A DNA stretch of 64,000 nt from Nitrosopumilus sp. (GTDB lineage: Archaea; Thermoproteota; Nitrososphaeria; Nitrososphaerales; Nitrosopumilaceae), in NCBI GenBank assembly GCA_965214775.1, contig OZ243974.1, positions 2,240,001-2,304,000 of the forward strand, written 5' to 3'. Both the position numbers and the translations under genes were made by a program. Positions 40,415 to 50,146 of this stretch are shown here, in pieces (position 1 is the first letter of the stretch; every line of letters begins with the position of its first letter). The notes beneath the pieces were generated by a model. The model saw only the letters and a program-made list of their open reading frames with translations. It was not told the origin of the DNA and searched no databases.

Positions 40415-40512
40415 GAGCCTAAGCCGTATCTTTCTAAATTTTAAAATTTCTAATTTGGCCGGTTTGAGTTGGTAAAAATTAACTCACTAAAATCAAAAAC
40501 ATTTCTTACACT

Positions 40513-41430
40513 TTGTCGGTTATACAAATCCCTAAACCATTTGGCATGACCCACGACGATATCGAGATAATCGGTAAAAACGTCAAAGACATGTACGGAA
40601 CATTCATGGGCAAAGTCGCTGGAACCATAACTGACATCGATGGCAGCATCCAATCTGTCGGAGTTGACTATGGCGCTCAAGGATTACAGCATATCCAATA
40701 CGAGCAGCTGGTAGTTCAAAACGATGTTGTTATCTACATTCCGAGATGGAGACTTGACTCTCAGAGACTCATTCGTGAAAAACAACTAACTTTACGCCGT
40801 CTAAAAGCACTGATTGATATTGTTTCTGAAAACGACGATATGAAATCTGACGCAGAAATCATTCATCAAAGATACAAGTCAAAACTTGTGGAACTAGATG
40901 AGACGGAAGGCAAAATCAAGGCCAAACTTGAGGCAAGATTGGCAGAGTTGGATGAACAAATGAAGTCTGCAAAGATGCTAGTGTTTGATGCAAAAGTACA
41001 GTTCAAGAGCAATGAAATTTCAGAGGCAACATTTGAGACCGTGAAATCATGCACAAACGATGTAATTGAGCATGTTGATCACGAAGTCGCAGAAATTGCC
41101 AATGTGAAAAGCAGAATTGCTGATCTTGAATTGGAAGTTCAAGAACTGACAACACCTCCACAGCAAAACATCCAAGAATCTGCCGTTTCATATCTGGAGA
41201 CTTCTTCTGAGCCACAACAAGTAGTTCAGGCAATACTTCCAGAAGCGCCAACAGAACCTGTCACGATACCTTCAGAACCGACCAAGGTAGAGGCAACTGC
41301 AGCCATGCCGGAGCCTCCGTCTGAATCTGAAGTTACATCCGCATTTCCAGAACCGCCCCAACAGGTGACCCCGGAAACTACAAAGGACAACAATGACAAC
41401 GACTGGCTTGCTAGAATGGAAGCACAATAA
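40513..41430 (+). CDS. cdvA: Cell division protein CdvA (start probably 40546)
   Basis: IGKNVKDMYG PRC-barrel, coiled coil, P/E-rich tail ending DWLARME. Confidence 0.85.
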   Translation: MSVIQIPKPFGMTHDDIEIIGKNVKDMYGTFMGKVAGTITDIDGSIQSVGVDYGAQGLQHIQYEQLVVQNDVVIYIPRWRLDSQRLIREKQLTLRRLKALIDIVSENDDMKSDAEIIHQRYKSKLVELDETEGKIKAKLEARLAELDEQMKSAKMLVFDAKVQFKSNEISEATFETVKSCTNDVIEHVDHEVAEIANVKSRIADLELEVQELTTPPQQNIQESAVSYLETSSEPQQVVQAILPEAPTEPVTIPSEPTKVEATAAMPEPPSESEVTSAFPEPPQQVTPETTKDNNDNDWLARMEAQ

Positions 41431-41486
41431 TTTTTTTTAACTTATTTTTTCTTTAACATTTAGAAAGCACAACCTTCCACACTTTT

Positions 41487-43400
41487 TTGATGTCTGAAAC
41501 CTTTGAAATTGGACTTGGCAACAACAATCCTGAAATTCGAAAAAAGGCTGATTCTGATTTTGTCTCATTTTGGGACGAGCAAGCAAGGCAGCTGTCTTGG
41601 TTTTCTCCTTGGGTTGAGACCCTAGATTGGAATCCTCCGTTTGCAAGGTGGTTTGTGGGCGGCAAAATCAACGCCTCCTTTAACACCCTGGATGTCCACC
41701 AGGCCTCAAAATCTCAAAAACCTGCCATATTGTGGGAGGGCGAAAACAACGAATCACGCGTGCTGACTTATAAGGACATTTTTATCCAAGTTCAAAAATT
41801 TGCAAATGTCCTAAAATCCCTTGGCGTGAAAAGCGGTGACCGTGTAACCATCTATCTTCCAATGGTCCCGGAACTGCCAATTGCCATGCTGGCCTGCGCA
41901 AGAATCGGCGCCACACATACCGTGATCTTCTCCGGATTCAGTGCGGCATCCATCAAAGACAGGATTGATGATTCGAAATCCAGAGTTGTAATCACCGCAG
42001 ATGGCGGATATAGAAGAGGCAGAGTTGTAAAGCTCAAAGAAACTATTGATAAGGCAATCCAAGGCTCTAATTTTGTCGAGCACGTTGTGGTTTTGGAGAG
42101 GACAAAAAATGAAATCACTTTAACTTCCAAAGATCATTTGTGGGGCAAACTCATGGAAGATGCGTCCCCCTTGTGCGATGCTGAGCATCTGGACAGTGAT
42201 CACCCTCTTTACATTTTGTATACTTCTGGCACTACTGGAAAACCAAAAGGTGTTTTGCATGGAACGGGAGGATATCTGACTCACTTGCATTCTACATACA
42301 AGTGGGCCTTTGACATTAAAGACTCTGACGTCTTTTTTTGTACTGCTGACATTGGGTGGGTGACTGGCCACAGCTATGTCGTTTATGCGCCTCTTTTGCA
42401 TGGTGCAACTGAGGTAATGTATGAGGGTGCGCCAGACTTTCCAGACGCCTCCAGGATGTGGGACATTTTACAGAAATACAAGGTTACCATATTTTATACC
42501 ACGCCTACTGCACTTAGAATGTTCATGAAGTTTGGAGACGACATTCCAAATTCTTTTGACCTGTCAGCATTGAGACTGCTTGGAACTGTGGGAGAACCAA
42601 TTAATCCCGAGGTCTGGAAATGGTATTTCAAAACCATCGGAAAGGAAAAATGTCCGATTGTTGACACGTGGTGGCAAACAGAAACCGGGGGCATGCTGAT
42701 CTCTTCCCTTCCTGGAATCGAAACCGTTCCCCTAAAGCCTGGCTCTGGCACTCGTGCCATTCCAGGCGTAAATATTGCTGTGGTTGATGAAAATGGCGCC
42801 GATGTGGCTCCAAACGCAAAGGGATACCTTGTCGTAAAGAACCCGTGGCCTGGAATGCTTTTGACTCTGTGGAATGATGATGAAAAATACAAAACCACCT
42901 ATTGGTCAAAATATGAAAACTGCTATTATCCTGGAGACTATGCTCTCAGAGATGACGATGGTTACTTGTGGCTTTTGGGCCGTGCCGATGATGTTTTGAA
43001 GGTAGCTGGACACAGAATTGGCACTGCCGAATTGGAAAGCTGTATCGTATCTCACAGCTCTGTTGCAGAATCTGCCGTCTGTGGAATCCCTGATGAAGTA
43101 AAAGGAGAGGCCGTCATTGCTTTTGTTGTTTTGAAACAAGGTATTGGCAAAAACAATGAATTGGAAAATGAACTCTTGACAAAAATCCGCGACGATATCG
43201 GTGCAATTGCCACTCCCAAACAAATCTGTTTTGTTCCCAAACTTCCAAAAACACGCAGTGGGAAAATCATGAGAAGACTGCTCAAAGCTATTGCCAGTGA
43301 TGAAAAAACTGGAGATGTAAGCACTTTGGAAGACGGCGCCGCAGTTGCCGAAGTCCAAGCTGCTTTTGATAAAGTTAAAAAATCAACAATTCAAAGTTAA
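41487..43400 (+). CDS. acs: Acetyl-CoA synthetase (AMP-forming)
   Basis: YTSGTTGKPKG, DTWWQTETG, LPKTRSGKIMRR. Confidence 0.95.
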   Translation: MMSETFEIGLGNNNPEIRKKADSDFVSFWDEQARQLSWFSPWVETLDWNPPFARWFVGGKINASFNTLDVHQASKSQKPAILWEGENNESRVLTYKDIFIQVQKFANVLKSLGVKSGDRVTIYLPMVPELPIAMLACARIGATHTVIFSGFSAASIKDRIDDSKSRVVITADGGYRRGRVVKLKETIDKAIQGSNFVEHVVVLERTKNEITLTSKDHLWGKLMEDASPLCDAEHLDSDHPLYILYTSGTTGKPKGVLHGTGGYLTHLHSTYKWAFDIKDSDVFFCTADIGWVTGHSYVVYAPLLHGATEVMYEGAPDFPDASRMWDILQKYKVTIFYTTPTALRMFMKFGDDIPNSFDLSALRLLGTVGEPINPEVWKWYFKTIGKEKCPIVDTWWQTETGGMLISSLPGIETVPLKPGSGTRAIPGVNIAVVDENGADVAPNAKGYLVVKNPWPGMLLTLWNDDEKYKTTYWSKYENCYYPGDYALRDDDGYLWLLGRADDVLKVAGHRIGTAELESCIVSHSSVAESAVCGIPDEVKGEAVIAFVVLKQGIGKNNELENELLTKIRDDIGAIATPKQICFVPKLPKTRSGKIMRRLLKAIASDEKTGDVSTLEDGAAVAEVQAAFDKVKKSTIQS

Positions 43401-43930
43401 TTTTGTCTTAAATCCTTCAAGTCTGTTTCTAGGAGCATTTCAAACATCGCTTTTAATCCGCTGTGCTCTGATTTTGAGTCTTCATCCAGGCTTTGATATT
43501 CTGTTTTCTTTATTTCATCTAGTCTGCTGCTTGCATCTTTGAAATATTCTTCAAACTCTTCAATTTTTTCATCAGTCATTTTTGTCAAATCAAAAATCAC
43601 CGTGTTGCTTCCAAGAAGTTCCCTGTTTTCGTCATACAGGCTGGTGGCCTGCAATACTCCTGGAAACGTGCTACCGTCCTCCCGCCTGAACGTGATTTTT
43701 CTATCTGTAACCTTGCCTGTATCAAACCATGCTTTTAGCGAGTCATTCATTGCTTGCCATTCTTCTTTTGGTACATGCTCGAAGATTGACCTTCCTAGAA
43801 TCTCTGACTTTGAATATCCCAGATTTGCCGCATATGTTGAATTACAGTCCAAAATCACGCCTATGGAGTTGATCCTTCTCCACATTATTGGCGCGTCTTT
43901 GAGTGTCTTTCGGGCTTTTGTTTGAGGCAT
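43397..43930 (-). CDS. PAS-domain protein
   Basis: ILDCN…LGYSKSEILGRS, RREDGSTF. Confidence 0.88.
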   Translation of the reverse strand: MPQTKARKTLKDAPIMWRRINSIGVILDCNSTYAANLGYSKSEILGRSIFEHVPKEEWQAMNDSLKAWFDTGKVTDRKITFRREDGSTFPGVLQATSLYDENRELLGSNTVIFDLTKMTDEKIEEFEEYFKDASSRLDEIKKTEYQSLDEDSKSEHSGLKAMFEMLLETDLKDLRQN

Positions 43931-43970
43931 TTTTTAAAATTAGACTGGCTAGTTATTAAATTAAAATTTT

Positions 43971-44993
43971 CTAAAACCATTGATCCAGATTCTGACTTTT
44001 CTTCTCTAGGGCTTTTTTCAGCCTGTTTAGGGTTGACTGTACTCTGTCCTCTGAGAAACTGCGCTCTTCTACCAGATACCGTATCATTCCCTCATAATCA
44101 GTTTTTTCAAAAATAATTTCGTCTACCTCTGCTACTTTGGGATCGAGAAATATTTTTCTTATCTGCTCATAATCGATTTCTTGCAACTTTTCTTGTATTT
44201 GCGGAATGTCTTCTAATCTGGAGTGCTGTTTTATCATTTTTAATGCTGTTTTTGGCCCGATTCTCTCAAACCCGTTTGGATTAAAATCGGTTCCAATCAA
44301 AATTCCCACGTCGACTAACTCTTCCCTTGTTAATTGTAGTTCATCTAGTGTCTTTTGTGTTTCAATTGTTTCTGGAACTATGTCGATGTATGTATTGCGA
44401 TTTGGAATTTTCCTTCTTCCGCTGTTTGTAAAATTTCTGACTAGTTTCTTTGCACCGCATAATATTGAATCAAAATCCTGGCTTGCAGATGCATGTGCCT
44501 GCCCTGTATTTGTCAGATGCGCTGCAGTTGCCTCCCCTTCTGATGGCGCCTCTATGTATGGTATTCCAAAATATGTCAAAAGCTGCTTTGATTCTTTTAC
44601 CATTCCATCTTTCATGCTGGTTGTTTGCTGTGCATATTTTCTTGCATCCTCGATATTTCCTTCTGCAATAGCTTTTTCGTATTTTACGGTTGCGTCTTTT
44701 TTGATTTGTTTTCTTCGCTCAATTTCCGCTGTTTTTAGTGAGGGTGGCTTGCCGTCAAAAACATAGACGGGTTTTATTCCCAATGACAAAAAATTGACAT
44801 TTCTGTAAAACAGTCCGCTTAGATGGCTCGTAATTCTGCCTTCCGAATCTGACAGTTGGAGTCCGTCAGGCCCCCTTATGCTTGCTAGAAACTGGTAGAT
44901 CGCATTGTATGCATCAATTGCTATGACTTTGTTTGCAAATGACTCTAGCGTTGTTTTTTCCCTGACAACTAGATCTTTGAGGTTTAATCCCAT
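43971..44993 (-). CDS. fen: Flap endonuclease 1
   Basis: IDAYN, APSEGEA, SQDFD, GTDFN, PIP box QNLDQWF. Confidence 0.97.
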   Translation of the reverse strand: MGLNLKDLVVREKTTLESFANKVIAIDAYNAIYQFLASIRGPDGLQLSDSEGRITSHLSGLFYRNVNFLSLGIKPVYVFDGKPPSLKTAEIERRKQIKKDATVKYEKAIAEGNIEDARKYAQQTTSMKDGMVKESKQLLTYFGIPYIEAPSEGEATAAHLTNTGQAHASASQDFDSILCGAKKLVRNFTNSGRRKIPNRNTYIDIVPETIETQKTLDELQLTREELVDVGILIGTDFNPNGFERIGPKTALKMIKQHSRLEDIPQIQEKLQEIDYEQIRKIFLDPKVAEVDEIIFEKTDYEGMIRYLVEERSFSEDRVQSTLNRLKKALEKKSQNLDQWF

Positions 44994-45134
44994 GACTTTG
45001 TATGCTTTTTGCTATATTTTGAATTTGTCATTTTGTAATTTTTCATGAGAATTCTCATTCCGTTTTAACCTTGATTATCTCTTGTCGCATTTTATGATTT
45101 GCAAGTAATCGGTTAGATTGAGCGCGAGGAGGAT

Positions 45135-45421
45135 GAGAGTTGGTTCGAAGCTAGCGGGTTCGAATCACGCATAAGCGAATTTACATTATTAAATCAATTA
45201 AAATGCCCACATCGGTACTTCCTAGGTGTGCTTTTGCAGACCCGGCACGACATAGCCGCTAATTTCGTTTGCGCATATGGTCTTTTGCAAATTACGTAAT
45301 TGCCGTGCCTGTAAAAGTACCCTTGGGAAGTACTGACATGACAGGTTATTTGTAAAATTACTTGATAAATGTACAGAAGAATCCGGGAATTTATGCGGTT
45401 TCTAATTTCGGATAATCTCTC
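45135..45421. mobile_element. MITE family A copy 4, carrying a nested ISH3-derived MITE
   Basis: gagagttggttcgaagctag…ctaatttcggataatctctc. Confidence 0.7.
45213..45335. mobile_element. 123-bp MITE derived from ISH3 element A, 4-bp TSD ACAT
   Basis: Both ends resemble the termini and subtermini of 5024-6527. Confidence 0.85.
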
Positions 45422-45439
45422 AACCCAAGGCCAAGATCG

Positions 45440-45720
45440 AACTGTACTCGTCAAGGCGGTGTATGGTGACAGGTTGCCACGATCGAAAAATACAGAGCCA
45501 AGACTAGAAACGTCGACCTGACCGCTAGGGTGTTGTATTTTTGCTATTCCCTGATACTGTTCAACGAGTGGATAATTGCATGGCACTGCTCTGCGATGAA
45601 TCCTGGGTCAGAGTGTCATGACGATGCCGGTATTCAAGGAGGACATGACGATTCATATCAAGTAGCCCAAGCTCCACCCTGACGCCAAATCCTGGACGCT
45701 TTTCACTTATCTGAACATGC
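45440..45720 (+). pseudogene. ISH3-type transposase C-terminal remnant
   Basis: IEKYRAKTRNVDLTARVLYFCYSLILFNEW resembles the ISH3 C-termini in this window. Confidence 0.6.
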
Positions 45721-45993
45721 CGCTAGTGTTTTAGATTTGTTTTTACTCTGTCAAGAATTCTTTCTGCCCACTTTATGGATTTTTCTGCCTGGTCGCCTCT
45801 CATCAAATCTGGCTGATACTCTGATGCATTTTTCAGACTAAGTAGCGAGCTAAACTGCCTTTCTACGTCTTTGAATTCTGAACCAGCAAAGATGCCTTTT
45901 ATAAGCAATAACACATCAGTATGTGATCCTGAGGCGCGTTTGTTTAGATGAAAGGTTGTAAGTGCATCTAACGCATTAATTGCACCGTGTACG

Positions 45994-47128
45994 TAGTATC
46001 CTCGGCTACCAATTGATCACAAAAAGGACAATTTTTTTCAACCAAAGGATCTAAGAGCTATTAGTCCCATATATACACATGAAAGGAAAGAAGGAATTAC
46101 CGACGGGAACAGCGTTCCTGTACGGGATAGCAAGCAAGGACGAGCTTTTTAGGATGCACAAGTCCGAGAAGGACGCCAAGGCGGCAATCCGGCTCCTTGC
46201 ATACCACATGAGAAAGTGCGGCGCGAGCATATATGATATTGCCGAGAAGCTGAGCAGGCCGTATGGAACCGTACGATACTGGCTGGTGCGTGCGCACAAG
46301 CATGGCCTGGAGGGCAGGTTTGACATAAAGCATGGCGCCCCGTGCAGGCTCGACAAGAAACAGCTTGAACGGCTGCGCGCAGACCTGATCAAGGGCCCGG
46401 ACAACTGCGGCTTTAAGGCCACAACATGGACAGGGCCGCTGGTCATTGCCCACGTCAAAAAGAAGTTCGGCATCACGTATGCAGAAACGAGCATGTACGA
46501 CCTGCTGCACAGAATCGGCTTCTCATGCAGAAAGCCCAGGCCAAAACACCCAAAATCAGCCTCAGAATCCGAGAAAAAGGAGTTCAAAAAAAAAGCTAGG
46601 CAGAGCGCAAAGTACTATTCAAAAAAGGGGTACACGGTAATGATAGGCGACGAGTCCATGTTCATACTGGGATGGAACGTCAAGAACAGCTGGTACCCCG
46701 TAGGAGAGCCGGTCTATACGCCCGTCAGCCTGTCTAGGAAGCGGTTCTATGTCATAGGGGCCCTCTCAAGAAACAGGTTTGACTATCGCTTTTACGAAAA
46801 GGCCAACACGGGAACATTCTACAAGTTTCTCAGGACACTGCGCCGCAAGTACGGCAAGGTGTTGTTGTTTGTCGACAACGCATCGTACCACAAGTCAGCA
46901 GAACTCAATAGAAAGATGGCCAAGTGGAACGGGGACGTGGTGCTAAAGTACCTGCCGCCGTACGCGCCGGAGCTTAACAACTCGGAGGGGCAGTGGCGCG
47001 GGTTCAAAAAGGCGACTTCAAACTGCCTTTACAAGACCGTCAAGGAGATGCAGAGATCACTGCGCAGTATGACGCGCAGGGGCGAGATAAAGGTGGTAAA
47101 GATGAACAAATGGCTGACGTAGATACTA
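45994..47128 (+). mobile_element. IS630-family element C copy 1 (TAGTATC…GATACTA), CG duplicated
   Basis: gtaCG[…]CGcaat; near-identical to 54564-55697. Confidence 0.93.
46079..47122 (+). CDS. IS630-family transposase, continuous frame (A9 tract)
   Basis: GDES, VDNASYH, PELNNSE. Confidence 0.95.
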   Translation: MKGKKELPTGTAFLYGIASKDELFRMHKSEKDAKAAIRLLAYHMRKCGASIYDIAEKLSRPYGTVRYWLVRAHKHGLEGRFDIKHGAPCRLDKKQLERLRADLIKGPDNCGFKATTWTGPLVIAHVKKKFGITYAETSMYDLLHRIGFSCRKPRPKHPKSASESEKKEFKKKARQSAKYYSKKGYTVMIGDESMFILGWNVKNSWYPVGEPVYTPVSLSRKRFYVIGALSRNRFDYRFYEKANTGTFYKFLRTLRRKYGKVLLFVDNASYHKSAELNRKMAKWNGDVVLKYLPPYAPELNNSEGQWRGFKKATSNCLYKTVKEMQRSLRSMTRRGEIKVVKMNKWLT

Positions 47129-47244
47129 CGCAATTCATTACAGTGCTGTCAATGCTTGTCTTTCTAGTGCAACTTTTGCTAACTGTATAGAGTTTTCTGC
47201 TTTTGTAATGTAATTTGCATATTTGTAAAAATCTACGTCTCTAG

Positions 47245-47853
47245 TCATTGTATCATGCTCTCCAAGTTCTTGCCACAAATTATGACATGGTTTGTAATGA
47301 TTGAACGGATCAAACCGCTTTTCTTTTTGGATTCAAGTTCTTTTTCCGAGAATATTATCGGTGCAAGCTGAGCATGAAATACTTCTGCTACTTCTACTAG
47401 AGCGTTTGAAACTATTTGGCTTGCGGCATCAAAATCATTTGATATGACAAGTATGTCAATATCGCTATCTGGCTTCTCTTTTCCCTTTACAACACTCCCA
47501 AACAGTGCAGCAGAGATAATGATTTTTTTTTCATCAAGATTTTTTTTTAGAACTTTAAGCAACACATCTAAAGTTTCTTTTTCAATCTTGAAGATAGGTT
47601 CGATTATCTTGTTGAAGATGTAGTTTTTCTTGTTCAAGGATATCTGATGCGACCTTCCAACAGGCTGAATCCTGACGATGCCAAGATCTTCAAAATCACG
47701 AATTGTAAGGGCTGCTTCATTGACAGAAACATTTGCTGTTCTGGCAAGACCTCTTTTGGTAAAGATCTTGGCTTGATATCTAACCATTGTTCTAAGTAGA
47801 CGTATGGCTGCCTTGTTACCCAAAACCTGTTCAAGATAGTCGCGAAATTGCAT
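47245..47853 (-). CDS. HTH + minimal nucleotidyltransferase (MNT antitoxin-like)
   Basis: LFGSVVKG…DSDIDILVI; N-terminal wHTH. Confidence 0.9.
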   Translation of the reverse strand: MQFRDYLEQVLGNKAAIRLLRTMVRYQAKIFTKRGLARTANVSVNEAALTIRDFEDLGIVRIQPVGRSHQISLNKKNYIFNKIIEPIFKIEKETLDVLLKVLKKNLDEKKIIISAALFGSVVKGKEKPDSDIDILVISNDFDAASQIVSNALVEVAEVFHAQLAPIIFSEKELESKKKSGLIRSIITNHVIICGKNLESMIQ

Positions 47854-47856
47854 TAT

Positions 47857-47918
47857 TATGTCCTATATTTAAGACATATGTCCTATATTTAAGACATATG
47901 TCCTATATTTAAGACATA
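47857..47918. promoter_or_regulatory. 3 x 20-bp tandem repeat; each unit has a TATA-like box inside a TATGTC-N10-GACATA palindrome
   Basis: (tatgtcctatatttaagaca)3 directly upstream of the MNT ATG. Confidence 0.75.
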
Positions 47919-47927
47919 ATTAATGGT

Positions 47928-48175
47928 CAGTATTTCCAGAAGCAACTCATGTAAGCACCGGTGGATGGGTTGGAGTGGCGTTCTATAGTGTGACATACAG
48001 TGTTTGAACACGTCATTGAGGCACTGCTGGTTGATTAGGAGATCCTCTGTAATGATCCCCGCAATGATCCTCGTCATCATGCCTGTCATGACCTATGCAT
48101 TGAAGATGGTTACCGAGTGTGCAAAGTACAACATTCTCACGACCGGGCTCTTGATGTGGGTCTGGATTCTTGTGT
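47928..48175 (-). pseudogene. ISH3-type element 3' remnant
   Basis: TRIQTHIKSPVVRMLYFAHSVTIFNA*; CAGTA terminus. Confidence 0.55.
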
Positions 48176-48182
48176 TCGTAGC

Positions 48183-48312
48183 GGGGTTGTTTCCTAATTC
48201 CGCCTACCTGACTCAATCTGTATGTTTTTCTTAATTTTCACCCCTTTGCACACCTGATCCATGTAATGTCTTAACGGTTTTCAGGAATTCTGGTGAATTA
48301 GAAAACAACTCC
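48183..48312. mobile_element. MITE family C (130 bp), 9-bp TSD GTTCGTAGC
   Basis: ggggttgtttcctaattc…gaattagaaaacaactcc; inverted truncated copy at 59688-59809. Confidence 0.85.
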
Positions 48313-48400
48313 GTTCGTAGCAGGTCGGGCTCTGGAAGTTCATGTATGAATTTTGTCAGTAATGACTGCCGATCAAATAGAATTTGTTCGTAGCAGGTCG

Positions 48401-49023
48401 GGCTCTGGAAGTTCAGGCGCGAATCTTGCGACCTCGGAGGTCTCCCGGGCATTACCACTGGCCATCAGTAGGATTTGGAAAAATTACAACACATAAAGAT
48501 CACAGGATCTGTCTTTCCTGTATTGGTTGGAGATCCTGATATTATTGACATGGACTGGAACAATCCCGACGTACGCTGCCTGTTTGAACACATGAAGTCA
48601 AGGATGGAGAAGATTGAAAAAAGAAAACCAGCGACTGCAAAAAGAAAACGTGTAGCTAAGGACGCAGCTCGCACAGCAACAGTAGACAGCGGCCGCATCT
48701 GGATCCGGACCGGCTCTTCTGAAGGAGGAATGTAAGAGATCAAACCTCCGCGACTACAACATACGCAAGTTAGATGACTTTCCGCACCCCGAAAAGCCGG
48801 CCCCCAAAAAAAGAAACCCGATACCAAGGCCGTCATCCATACATGTTTGGTAGACATCAAGTTCTGTCCGACTGCAATAACAAGCTCCTGGCTGGTTTGA
48901 AGAACATCCAAAGGGCTAAGAAGGCAGCAGCTAGGATTCTGAAATCGATTCTTAATTTTAGGTATAAATTCTGATTGAACGATTCTTTTTGGTGGCAAAA
49001 TTAGTGCCTGAACTTCCAGAATA
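48401..49023 (+). mobile_element. Decayed IS with ~30-bp TIR (tctggaagttcaggc…), family unclear
   Basis: Inverted ends at 48404 and 49006-49020; fragmented ORFs; related ends at ~9605, ~48328 and ~49715. Confidence 0.6.
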
Positions 49024-49370
49024 TGATGTGCTATGTGACTGCCTTTGAGGATGAGCTGCTCACCCTCGGAATCAAACTGAAAGCTCCGGTATGGTGAGAC
49101 ATAATTTTCATATGATACAAAATTAAATTTGACTCGTGAAACATAACTAAAACAAGTCTTGTTTTTCATTTTCATCTAAAGAAAAACAGCAAATAACTGA
49201 GATTATTATTTTGAATAATTCTGATGGTCTTGCGTCTATTTTTACTGACACTCAGTGACACGAAACGGGGAAGGCAAGGCATCAAATTAAAAATAAATTC
49301 CAAGACAAATTATTTGATACTGATGATTGCCTCTGATTTGCTTTATTATGGAGAATGTTCAAGACTAAAT

Positions 49371-49452
49371 GCCGGGATAGCCAAGCGGTAAGGCGGCCGT
49401 CTCGAAAACGGCTACGCGCAAGCGTGCAGGGGTTCAAATCCCTTTCCCGGCG
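49371..49452 (+). tRNA. tRNA-Ser(CGA)
   Basis: Acceptor GCCGGGA/TCCCGGC, anticodon arm gccgt-ctCGAaa-acggc, long variable arm, GGTTCAAATCC. Confidence 0.95.
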
Positions 49453-49493
49453 TCTAACAAACGGTTAAAATTCCGTCCTTCTCAAGAAACTTC

Positions 49494-49679
49494 ATGGCAA
49501 AAGAAACAGAATCAAAAATTGAGGGTTCTGGAATTCCTTTGGGTGAATTAATCGGACATTTTAAGGAAAAATGCAAGATGTGTGGCCATCATAGGATAAT
49601 GCATAATGAACTGGGCAAGTGTGAGGGTGTGATGAATAAGCCCTGTAACTCTGGATGTGATGCATTTGAAGCTGAATAA
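49494..49679 (+). CDS. Small Cys/His metal-binding protein
   Basis: CKMCGHH..MH….CEG….C..GC. Confidence 0.75.
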   Translation: MAKETESKIEGSGIPLGELIGHFKEKCKMCGHHRIMHNELGKCEGVMNKPCNSGCDAFEAE

Positions 49680-50146
49680 GGCAAAATGGGTTGTGTGGCA
49701 GCATCTTTGAATATGGAAGTTCAGGCATGAATTTTACTACTGATGAATGCAGATCAAAATAGAGTTTGCACCTAAAATCAGAAACGGCTTCTAGAACCAG
49801 TTCAGTTACCAAAATTTGCTAATTATAATTCACTTCTCAGGCCGGGTTCTGTGCAATCTTCGACACCTGAAATATGGATCTTCTCCGTGTCAAGTGCCGT
49901 CGCCTGAATTTTGGTTGGCTGGCAGTGTACCTTCTAGCTTGGATTTTAGACAATGCTCCGCTTGGAATCATCTCAATTCAAAGACGTTTGTCGAATAGTC
50001 CACTACTTCGGGGTAATTGCAAGGAATGAATTCTTTGGGCGATGCCTGTGCATGAATGTAATCCATAATATACGTTCCATTTGCTTGTCTTATTCCCGTT
50101 AGTTGGTAAAGCACAAGATAGCCTCCATAATCATTTTCTTGGCAGT

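Larger units (their letters stand above)
45723..47248 (-). pseudogene. HEPN-domain protein (~129 aa) split by IS630 element C
   Basis: Rejoined: MTRDVDFYKY…MNCVHGAINALDAL…SGSH…LKNASEYQ; ATGA overlap with the MNT gene. Confidence 0.85.

Noticed and set aside
45135-45177. tRNA T-arm-like sequence gcgggttcgaatcacgc, a possible att site
   Set aside because: No cloverleaf; the stretch aligns with the left end of MITE family A.
48313-48415. 30-bp repeat with 73-bp period as another spacer-like scar or mini-CRISPR
   Set aside because: The intervening sequence is not unique: it is homologous to 49724-49768 and belongs to an IS terminus.
48465-49175. 236-aa minus-strand ORF
   Set aside because: It crosses decayed IS remnants, has no recognisable motif and is probably a shadow frame.
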